Program-made: the position numbers and the translations under genes
Shown: one piece after another, positions 13,401 through 18,009 of the stretch
How the letters are laid out: each line of letters begins with the position of its first letter
Position numbering within the stretch: the first letter of the stretch is position 1
Source of the DNA: Thermoplasmata archaeon
GTDB lineage: Archaea; Thermoplasmatota; Thermoplasmata; SG8-5
Reading direction: 5' to 3'
Length of the DNA: 43,721 nt
Assembly: GCA_046485165.1 (NCBI GenBank)
Contig: JAWOHM010000083.1
Span: 1-43,721 of the forward strand
Notes under the pieces: model-generated
Seen by the model: the letters and a program-made list of their open reading frames with translations, nothing else
Told to the model about the DNA's origin: nothing
Databases searched by the model: none

Positions 13401-13916
13401 ATACTGACAGTGAATTACGTCACTGATACTGGCGGAAGGAACTGGGGCGCGATAGGCCTGATGATAGGCCTGTTGATAATCGGCCTGATACTCGGGATAT
13501 TGCTGGCTCCCATCGTCCTGGGATTGTTCGGTGACAAGGAACCGGCACCGGAAGCGGAAGTGCCGCCGGAAGGTGAGGATATACTATCGGAATCGGGCAT
13601 GCCGCCTGAGGAATTCCCCGAAGGCGAGGCCCTGCCCGAAGGTGAGGCAGAGCCCGCCAGCGTCCCGGATGGCGAGGAACAGCCGGCGATGGATGATGCC
13701 GAGATAGCCGATGCCGAGACAGAGCCCATTCCCGCCGAGGAGTCAATTCCCGAGGAACTGCCAGCCGAACCCGTGGCAGAGACGGAAGAGCTCCCTCCCG
13801 AGCCTGCGCCGGCCGAAGAGGACCCCAGGATAGCAAAGCTCACGCAGGCATACGAGTCCGGGAAGATATCCAAGGAGCTATACGAGAAGAACCTGGCGAA
13901 ATTCAAGGGCCAGTAA
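4290..13916 (+). CDS. Giant (about 3208 aa) membrane-anchored surface protein. It has a subtilase-like scaffold split by a beta-propeller insertion, two parallel beta-helix modules, a PPC-like domain, Ig-like repeats, a TM helix, an acidic tail and a SHOCT-like end.
   Basis: The track ORF is 4182..13916. ATG 4290 is preferred because it has an SD-like ggagaggaagg upstream and the signal-like MPTNKSTSFVCVMMTAALIWSSFGVGLLSAPAMVEAEA begins there. Motifs seen: GVTVAVADTGID (Asp codon 4629), SPYHGWPVAF (His codon 4704), FISPAGNDGSG (Asn codon 7791) and WKGSEMATAVTTGVMALI (8055-8110). WD40-like strings include SPDGTVLAAGS, FSPDGTSIALGLSNGKVQLIN and SGSDDGTVIFWN. NosD/PbH1-like repeats, a PPC-like DLDLAVFMDG...DYIVKVLAY segment, Ig-like AGN..xxxFTVDT repeats and the TM helix GLMIGLLIIGLILGILLAPIVLGLF are also present. 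Confidence 0.85.
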   Translation: MPTNKSTSFVCVMMTAALIWSSFGVGLLSAPAMVEAEAIELNDVSGQMSEGTPTSTQKPGFNEMEVSGDGYRSNSYGGWSYDPASAPANWSFRDAHNVPQTGYTGEGVTVAVADTGIDFGLLNLAGKYMVDDDPESPYHGWPVAFDAYGLPEFILAKEARPDMGGIANTTLNGTGPFDIEHTIKVDGQKDFTRNELVSEDKMDDVKTSGTASGYEFDLTELWATRDADFWYAGLKTRYGAMNRTFGFALDFDGPASGSIDDPHGNLLDFEASHSAPIEQVSYSPIKNLVASCAASGSDIATTKSYEVNSVKIWDVDGALVRALPNEQYPVFSAIWNPNGTLLAYETTMEIVVYETNTWTEVHRVEHSSSPTTSYYREAMSFSPDGTVLAAGSIEATNRIQILNVVTGETLRPLVPSPAMSVVFSPDGTSIALGLSNGKVQLINSTNYQYTGLLESSDTSAVETLAWDPDMKFIATGRNLGGQVEIWNLTNGNNSCQWGDGASVIENITIMNNTGNRINEIDRFFFRGIPNEVNVSGIESYQISTNYSQNLQYSAIMPSGQNFTWGMRVWVRNPLGTEDELTGGAAEAIVYRNVDGSGIQQGVWTPPNRTLSATDSLVIRIYQGSDVPVPDQLVTEFTTHLFGNINGTIASLNSSAWRVNYFTRRNMASIETAMAGHDVNSPVNTIKWTDSQIISGSDDGTVIFWNPVTFTATSTKESRYNSPVLSLDIKPGTGELFVGTQDCTVRKYPATWTNEPIPFAAHKPDIMIYIRYEREYYNQNMELTVFDEIGEPDVYKWNGAEWLKTTMDEIFGKSFYKGNLAGEWTEHGFIEIALPRNFTAYPDQYEMYINAFICGDNASRPQDTVPSDCNVPSVNVDWSGTRMTTLSAWGKVEMQKVALNHSAIASVRPLDNRSYHFGYHPSGALTNLFGSALPMIVTESATAGIWDRVYVDMNLDYVIDSNDPFVDKDNPLLTVDIWDYDPVSRTAVPGEDGVPDISGGLLYFIADGENLMPYSERVSDILVDAERVLIPFGTTDNPWNIPRNGEVVAFFGDFDYDSNQDIVLSSGTKMASAIAGSGLTEGLFSPIEGVSPNITFLPICNAHYDLPMALYFAVEGYDGIPNSGDEAQIVSVGPYVTGYGNGLDSTTQFVEYQVSRTNNSAVFISPAGNDGSGYGTVAAPCGTNTLVVGFAEDNTFIASGGDVHHFGQVSELSSRGPTAAGLAKPDVIALGIGEVDTPLVISKSLQNAVGGKSQEVWKGSEMATAVTTGVMALIFESYAEKHGGAYPSTQVAMDIIRSSATDLGYDPLAQGAGFVDALAAVRTAKNEEGLVISAQKTSFGNTFGSSYDSFINVLAPGENSALPMNIQNPTNSSKNVNYGFEYMTRTKADEMTQIIESSSLDGFKGDISGMVSIDAELVKVTAQTDYVWTEPWVNGTGVDVKDFASVSGSFFMKLWDWVDAQSPGDPKHGIIDTDDDLSYLTGVDYGHVNSMICTLSNPHRSLAGKLVVEIKADMAAGSSIPDRPWKITVESFVTTSMDWFDTSKTAASIAGGNTDTVNLNVDVPADAQSGTYSGAFVASYGIKEVNWTQNITPAAIDAEFLTSWNAASKGNYWDGDITTPHPIDYGKFDYHPLATPADTYSTSRTPMPPILIVGNANFTEGNGVLRGDGSVADPYIIENYDIGGTTHKHGIEIMDTDAHFIIRNCAIHGRTDTMNGISMNNVTNGVIRESEVYTNTGSGIYILDSNGLLIENNRIEGNDQMGIVISGSIAVSSDIIVQDNDISLSVTTILLSYANNITIIGNDLHHSALGMELYTIVDNLIAGNSFHNISMYCMYLYGVQRNEISSNWFDGFSDVVPSLWLDSTSDPVGNATINNIISGNDFVNCVATHAYDDDPGATNNWTGNYWGGSYGINDGGSGSGVADNAQETGPVASARDYYVPRVPITIEANAGFTPANGVVSGNGSEPNPYVIAGWGLNNSGSPHAILIQDTTAHFVIMDCLIYGNATGSGIILSNVANGTVRSNEFHTLADAIHVEESIDFSIIMNNIHDSATAIHVLESELGMISYNDISSCIHGIYLQSSTSCELSCNQIAGNALTGIFNEFSDESIIKDNTIIGVTKDGIHLKESGDCELTFNNLTSNGYGIHLSNATGINELNNNNFFGNTVHACDDFTYEQIVSLVKLPNTRVTDINVEIVVMKPDGSIEELGPGNYTIYQKAGMIEMAVPVRLDQFRMDVDRAFYIWANYTYFSNTGIVPITLNVMASTTAEFSFGDMNATETPNIMPVWGLRAGQGNSLESGDRRYFYVNVPNQGRFGPGQAENFYLYTELMWGLNRSDINIVVYGKGGAPISGQVAPYVMSKLGGSEEKADFSPTTATGGPKDILVTSFNHEILAICVSSKTFNGSGDSLTRFEGRGGWLKLGETSPKTWTNSLVGSMDVSIQSNLELSSGIYASIVGPAQGARTTEDIYQDDLSLYDLSTMEGWLTMNAVAGFTKVFTVENALSWDVHIFGDATCPDLDLAVFMDGLNGQPKDGIAQWQEIITQDDMDFESYGQTYGTGRYAYSADADADEAIKFISPPNGDYIVKVLAYTVNAAPGHFDLEVKTIFAGVEGYKLLSVNTQYTDENATSGTYLNASAVKRFDVRTFNVLWSFPEDTKDDVYGGIFVLGIPEAPQLLVFSIDIVLDREAPLLFPDFTGPNSIVSNNRPTISAKIEDFERGEIDPNGAKVIFDGVDITSIATISIPLTENSAELEAYWSGNIIYKPAGPLSEGGHNIFVEVKDKAGNARSISWGFTVDTTRPFITINGPVETINTNSRAYRLEGATEASSTLSIAGVTGAVRQRSDNTFTIDLELEEGANLLTIRSTDQANNVHEVSRTLILDTQPSTFKRVVALDGTTTNRRTTGIYGEMSEPGSLQINGMPVRVNSDGTFRHEAISLIEGRNPQVLAFTDLAGNVAYNYMNITLDTAAPVLTLTDIDATVYSEALNITGKTEAGVASLTINGWLAAVDSAGNFQQSLRLSPGTNTIVVETKDRAGNSAQEILTVNYVTDTGGRNWGAIGLMIGLLIIGLILGILLAPIVLGLFGDKEPAPEAEVPPEGEDILSESGMPPEEFPEGEALPEGEAEPASVPDGEEQPAMDDAEIADAETEPIPAEESIPEELPAEPVAETEELPPEPAPAEEDPRIAKLTQAYESGKISKELYEKNLAKFKGQ
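5100..6540 (+). other. WD40/beta-propeller-like repeat region inserted between the His and Asn motifs of the subtilase scaffold
   Basis: Repeated SPDG/WxPxG plus hydrophobic-strand patterns: VKIWDVDG, AIWNPNGTLLAYET, MSFSPDGTVLAAGS, VVFSPDGTSIALGLSNGKVQLIN, LAWDPDMKFIATG, VEIWNLTNG, SGSDDGTVIFWN, LSLDIKPGTGELFVGTQDCTVRKY. Confidence 0.6.
9226..10800 (+). other. Two tandem right-handed parallel beta-helix (PbH1/NosD-like) modules
   Basis: Both modules open with a similar header. Module 1 has PPILIVGNANFTEGNGVLRGDGSVADPYIIENYDI (from about 9226). Module 2 has PRVPITIEANAGFTPANGVVSGNGSEPNPYVIAGWGL (from about 10105). Each is followed by periodic xxNxIxxNxxxGIxL repeats. Confidence 0.65.
13441..13913 (+). 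other. C-terminal TM helix, Pro/Glu-rich acidic tail and SHOCT-like terminal motif
   Basis: NWGAIGLMIGLLIIGLILGILLAPIVLGLFG is followed by KEPAPEAEVPPEGED...EELPPEPAPAEEDP and then RIAKLTQAYESGKISKELYEKNLAKFKGQ. The last segment fits the pattern of the short C-terminal SHOCT domain. Confidence 0.55.
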
Positions 13917-13925
13917 TCGAATAAT

Positions 13926-13958
13926 GGGCGGGGAAACCCCGCCCCTTTTCTCTATTTT
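13926..13958 (+). terminator. Hairpin plus T-rich tract after the giant gene
   Basis: GGGCGGGG-AAA-CCCCGCCC (13926-13944) is followed by cTTTTcTcTaTTTT, 10 nt after the stop codon. Confidence 0.65.
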
Positions 13959-14026
13959 AGATTTGGTGATTGTAGGGGAACGATTATTGACATAAATCTA
14001 AAATCTAAGTTCTAAAATCTACAATA

Positions 14027-15244
14027 TCAATCCCTTAATATCGCATCGAACGCCCTCATGCACCTGACCACCCACACCTCTTCCTTTGTCAGGCCCTTTG
14101 TGTCAATGGTCTTCCTGATCTCATCGGAGTTGACCAGCTTGATGGCGAGCGGGTGGCCCTGGGTCATGGCGAACACCCTGTCCCCGTCCTCCGGGTCCAT
14201 GCCCATGGATGTCATGAGCCTCATAGCGCTATCCCTTTCCAACCCTTTCAAAACCAGCTCGTTGCCCCCATCCATTCCCGGGAATGTCATGAGCGACTCC
14301 CTGTCCCTGGTCATGATGATGATGGTGGAATTTTCCATCTTATGCGACTCCTCGCAGACAAGGTGCACGAATTGCATGACCTCCTTTTTCAGGTCGAATA
14401 TGTTGTCCAGCACCATCACCGTATCGCTGTCCCGGATGTCCCTGAAGAGGGCGGCCGCCCCCTGCCCGACATCCACATCCCTCGTCACCCTCAGGTATTT
14501 CCTGAGCTCGTTTCTTCCCAGATGGACAAGGAATTCGGAGATGCGCTCGAGCATGCTGCGCACTGAATCCCACTCGTGGGCCGAGTACCACATGATGTTC
14601 TTCCTGCCCTCGAATTCTTTCAGGACCTTCCATCCGAGCGAGGTCTTGCCTATGCCCTTGATGCCGCTTATGACCAGCAATCTCTCCCCGTTCCCTATCC
14701 TTTCTCGGAGAAATCCCATCTCCGCGGCACGGCCTATGAAATTGATTGGGATTGGCAGCACATCCAGGTTGGATATGAACCCCCTGCCGGCTTCTCCGGC
14801 GAGGGATGCTTCGAGAACGACGCCGTCCCTGAAGTAGGCCATTATCACCGAGGATGGCGTGGCATTCTTCGCATTGAACAGGATGTCCTGGATGGTGAGG
14901 CTCTTTTCCGCGCCCTCCAGGTCCCTGAACATGACACTCTGCCCCTTGAGCTTCGAGATGAGGCCCAGGGACATCTCCATGCCTTTGGCGGTTAGGGAGA
15001 AAGCCTTCCTCTTCCTCTTGAGGCCACCGATATGGACGAGCGCCTCCTCCACATACCCATCCCCGAGCAGATTGCCCGTCGCCCTCGGAACATGGTTTAT
15101 CCGTATCCCGATGGCCTCTGCGATGCCTTCCTGTGTCTGGCCGAGGGATGCGCCCTCGTTCACCGGGTCCATGCTGAAGTCCCTGAGATGGATGAGTATG
15201 CGCTCGTTCACGCTGAGGTCTTCTATTCGCATCAAATAGGGCAT
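14027..15244 (-). CDS. Winged-helix DNA-binding domain fused to an NB-ARC/STAND-like P-loop NTPase, with no C-terminal sensor repeats (405 aa)
   Basis: The N-terminal roughly 95 aa look like a wHTH (LGQTQEGIAEAIGIRINHVPRATGNLLGDGYVEE...KRKRKAFSLTAKG). Then come Walker A ISGIKGIGKTSLG, Walker B VMVLDNIFD, an RNBS-B/sensor-like TIIIMTRDRE, LVLKGLERDSAMRLM and a GxP motif TQGHPLAIKLV. Spacing is typical of NB-ARC. The protein ends about 37 aa after the GxP motif. Confidence 0.7.
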   Translation of the reverse strand: MPYLMRIEDLSVNERILIHLRDFSMDPVNEGASLGQTQEGIAEAIGIRINHVPRATGNLLGDGYVEEALVHIGGLKRKRKAFSLTAKGMEMSLGLISKLKGQSVMFRDLEGAEKSLTIQDILFNAKNATPSSVIMAYFRDGVVLEASLAGEAGRGFISNLDVLPIPINFIGRAAEMGFLRERIGNGERLLVISGIKGIGKTSLGWKVLKEFEGRKNIMWYSAHEWDSVRSMLERISEFLVHLGRNELRKYLRVTRDVDVGQGAAALFRDIRDSDTVMVLDNIFDLKKEVMQFVHLVCEESHKMENSTIIIMTRDRESLMTFPGMDGGNELVLKGLERDSAMRLMTSMGMDPEDGDRVFAMTQGHPLAIKLVNSDEIRKTIDTKGLTKEEVWVVRCMRAFDAILRD

Positions 15245-15333
15245 TCGGCACAGCGTATATTAATGTTGGCGAATCTCCGGTGACATCCCGAAGATTTAAC
15301 TACTTTCATCCTTTATTATGCCATGGTGATAAC

Positions 15334-16440
15334 ATGGAACCCCGCGTCAAGCGCATTTATGAGAATCTCGAAAGATTGAATGAGAAATCCCCCGATGTCA
15401 TAGTCCTCGCCAATGCCACCGAGCCGATGCTGGACATGACGTTCTTCTACGTGACGCGGCTGGAGGTCGGCCGGTACGAGGGCAGCATCGCTTTTCTTTT
15501 CCCGGACGGTAAATTGTCCATGGTCACATCCCTGCTGGAGGCCGAGAGCGCCTCGAAGGGTGATTTCGAGCTCCATGTTTTCAAAACGCTCAACGAGCTC
15601 GTGGAGATAGTCGAAAAGATGCTGAAGGACGCCAAGAGCATCGGAATAAACTCAGATGAGCTGACCTTCAAATCCTACAATTTCATCAGGGAGCATGCCG
15701 GAAAGGGCGCGGAGATATTTGATGTCTCGAAGGCGATAAAGGCCACCAGGCTGGTGAAGGACGAGGCCGAGATAGACACCATGAGGGAGGCATGTCGCAT
15801 CGCATCCGTGGTCGCGGACAGGATAACCGGCATTGCCAAGGCTGGGATGAAGGAATATGAGGTCGCGGCCGAACTCTCATACATGATGCAGAAGCTGGGT
15901 GCTGCAGGCCCGTCGTTCGAGACCATATCCGCCTTCGGAAAGAACAGCGCCGAGCCGCATTACAGCGCCGGCGACGTGGTACTGAAGGATGGCGATTTCA
16001 TGCTCCTGGACTTCGGTGCGCTTTACAGAAAATACTGCTCGGACATAACAAGGACATACTTCTGCGGCCAGGCATCGAAGAAACAGAGGGAGATGTACGA
16101 GACAGTCCTGGAGGCGCAGAGGCGCGCCCTGGATGCGATATCTGTCGGGGAACCATGCAGCAAACCTCACATGGTTGCGGCCGAGTACATAGATTCCACC
16201 GAGTACAAGGGCCTTTTCACCCACGGCCTCGGGCACGGCCTTGGCCTCGCGGTCCACGACGGTGGCGGATTGAATCCCAGGGCCGCCGACACCCCGATGG
16301 AGGAAGGCATGGTTTTCACGGTCGAGCCAGGTGTCTACGTGCCCGGGTTCGGCGGTGTGCGCATCGAGGATGACATAGTCATCAGGAAGGATGGCCCCGA
16401 GTTGCTGACCAGCGCCAAGAAGGAGCTCATCGAGTTCTAG
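15334..16440 (+). CDS. M24 family Xaa-Pro aminopeptidase/dipeptidase
   Basis: The track ORF starts at 15280. ATG 15334 (MEPRVKRIYENL) is preferred. The pita-bread fold metal-ligand context DFGALYRKYCSDITRT, HGLGHGLGLAVHD and EPGVY..GFGGVRIEDD is present. Confidence 0.85.
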   Translation: MEPRVKRIYENLERLNEKSPDVIVLANATEPMLDMTFFYVTRLEVGRYEGSIAFLFPDGKLSMVTSLLEAESASKGDFELHVFKTLNELVEIVEKMLKDAKSIGINSDELTFKSYNFIREHAGKGAEIFDVSKAIKATRLVKDEAEIDTMREACRIASVVADRITGIAKAGMKEYEVAAELSYMMQKLGAAGPSFETISAFGKNSAEPHYSAGDVVLKDGDFMLLDFGALYRKYCSDITRTYFCGQASKKQREMYETVLEAQRRALDAISVGEPCSKPHMVAAEYIDSTEYKGLFTHGLGHGLGLAVHDGGGLNPRAADTPMEEGMVFTVEPGVYVPGFGGVRIEDDIVIRKDGPELLTSAKKELIEF

Positions 16441-16492
16441 CCCCGCACCGGCCGCATCCCACAAGTTTAATCTCCAATAAGCGCATTTGCAG

Positions 16493-16560
16493 CCTGCCAC
16501 GATGATGACATTGCTATTTGTGCTGACAGGTGATGACAGACGGGCGAACTGAGTGGCAGG
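16493..16560 (+). ncRNA. Archaeal C/D box sRNA (2'-O-methylation guide)
   Basis: An 8-bp terminal stem (cCTGCCAC 16493-16500 with GTGGCAGg 16553-16560) encloses the four boxes. They are C box ATGATGA (16502-16508), D' box CTGA (16523-16526), C' box GTGATGA (16530-16536) and D box CTGA (16549-16552). The guides are CATTGCTATTTGTG (14 nt) and CAGACGGGCGAA (12 nt). The element is intergenic. Confidence 0.85.
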
Positions 16561-16691
16561 GCAATCCTCCTTTGGGAGGAATGCCCAGCTGGGTAAGCCA
16601 TTTGCATAACCGTTTCAAGCGCCCGACTTGAATTTCCCTTGGGACAAAATGGCATGCAAATGGCGGCATATCCGCCGACTATGCGAACAAT

Positions 16692-17465
16692 ATGGTGAGC
16701 CATATGAGAATAATATCCTGGAACGTGAATGGGATCCGCGCAATCGCCAAGAAAGGCTTTTTGAATTGGGTGGCCGCAGCCCAGCCAGACATCCTCTGCA
16801 TACAGGAAACGAAGGCATGGCCGGAGCAGGTGCCCCCGGAGATACAAAATCCGGTAGGTTTCCATTCCTACTGGTCCCAACCCTCAAAAAAGGGCTACAG
16901 CGGCGTGGTCACGTTCATCCGGGACCGGCCGGGTGCGGTATCGCGTTCAATCGGCGTTGACGAGTTCGATTCCGAGGGCAGGGTGGTGATGGCCGATGCG
17001 GGCGAATTCATTTTGTTCAATGTCTATTTTCCGAATGGGAAGGCCAGCCCGGAGAGGCTGCGGTACAAATTGGCCTTCTATGACCGCTTCCTTGAGGCCA
17101 TCGAGGCGGAACGAAAGCGCGGCAAACCCGTCATCTTCTGCGGGGACCTGAACACCGCTCACAAGGCCATAGACCTGGAGCACCCCAAGGCCAACGAGAA
17201 TGTGTCTGGCTTCCTGCCCGTGGAAAGGGCATGGATGGACAAGGTAATCGAGCATGGTTATGTAGACACATTCAGGCATTTTGACAAGTCCCCGAAAAAG
17301 TACACATGGTGGGATTACAAGACCGGCGCCAGGGAAAGGAACGTCGGTTGGAGGCTGGATTATTTCTTTGTCTCGGATGAGATGCTGCCCCGCCTCGGAA
17401 ATGCCTTCATAATGTCCGATACCATGGGCTCGGACCACTGCCCGGTGGGCATCGAACTGCGATGA
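16692..17465 (+). CDS. xth: Exodeoxyribonuclease III (AP endonuclease, EEP fold)
   Basis: MRIISWNVNGIRA, LCIQETK, FCGDLNTAH, WWDY and SDHCPV are classical Xth/ExoIII motifs. The start could also be ATG 16704. Confidence 0.9.
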   Translation: MVSHMRIISWNVNGIRAIAKKGFLNWVAAAQPDILCIQETKAWPEQVPPEIQNPVGFHSYWSQPSKKGYSGVVTFIRDRPGAVSRSIGVDEFDSEGRVVMADAGEFILFNVYFPNGKASPERLRYKLAFYDRFLEAIEAERKRGKPVIFCGDLNTAHKAIDLEHPKANENVSGFLPVERAWMDKVIEHGYVDTFRHFDKSPKKYTWWDYKTGARERNVGWRLDYFFVSDEMLPRLGNAFIMSDTMGSDHCPVGIELR

Positions 17466-17531
17466 ACTCTGTGGAATGCTTAAGAAGTCAAAACCCCCGA
17501 TTCGGCGGCTGCTGGATGCAGATTTCCAAAA

Positions 17532-17540
17532 CTATATATA
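17532..17540 (+). promoter_or_regulatory. TATA box candidate for alba
   Basis: ctatatata is preceded by the A-rich ccaaaa. It lies about 20 nt before ATG 17560 and about 53 nt before the in-frame TTG 17593, which has GGGGGT 5-8 nt upstream. Confidence 0.5.
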
Positions 17541-17559
17541 CCCCATGTGAAAATTATGG

Positions 17560-17952
17560 ATGCTTAATTCAACCTTGAAAGGGGGTAAAACTTTGGCAAA
17601 GGAAAAAGAAACCACAGAGAAGGCAGACAAGGCAGACAAGGCAGACAAGACAGACAAGGCAGGCAGGACAGACAAGGCAGGCAGGACAGACAACACGGTG
17701 TACATAGGCAAGAAACCGACAATGAGCTACGTATTGGCCGTAGCCACGCAATTCAACAGCGGCTCCGACAGCGTGACCATAAAGGCCAGAGGCAGGTCCA
17801 TCAGCACGGCAGTGGATGTTGCAGAGATTGTCCGGAACAGATTCGTCCAGGGATTGACCGTGGACAATATTAGGATTTCCACCGAGGTCCTGGAAGGCGA
17901 GGAAGGCAAGACATCCAACGTCTCTTCCATCGAGATATTCCTCAAGAAGTGA
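17560..17952 (+). CDS. albA: Alba chromatin/RNA-binding protein with a charged repeat N-terminal extension
   Basis: The C-terminal roughly 90 aa ([50 protein letters not shown]...EIFLKK) match the Alba fold pattern. The start is uncertain between ATG 17560 and the SD-preceded TTG 17593. Confidence 0.85.
   Translation: MLNSTLKGGKTLAKEKETTEKADKADKADKTDKAGRTDKAGRTDNTVYIGKKPTMSYVLAVATQFNSGSDSVTIKARGRSISTAVDVAEIVRNRFVQGLTVDNIRISTEVLEGEEGKTSNVSSIEIFLKK
17622..17693 (+). repeat. 8 tandem 9-bp units (GGCAGACAA / GACAGACAA / GGCAGGCAG) inside the alba 5' coding region
   Basis: Read directly: 3x ggcagacaa, then (gacagacaa ggcaggcag) x2, then gacagacaa. These encode [23 protein letters not shown]. Confidence 0.9.
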
Positions 17953-18009
17953 TCCGGAGTTTTGTTTCGGAATCCCTCAAATTTGCCGGACGCATGCGGG
18001 GTTTTTTGA

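Noticed and set aside
9861-13906. Long minus-strand ORFs inside the giant gene (9861..10430, 10680..11339, 12563..13153, 13415..13906)
   Set aside because: They are antisense shadows of a continuous 9.7-kb sense ORF with clear domain content. Their translations are low-complexity or Arg/Gly/Pro-rich with no recognisable motifs.
14340-15251. 303-aa alternative-frame minus ORF over the STAND gene, and 41038..41907 over the MFS gene
   Set aside because: The products are Arg/Gly/Pro-rich. The competing frames carry P-loop/NB-ARC motifs and MFS TM helices respectively.
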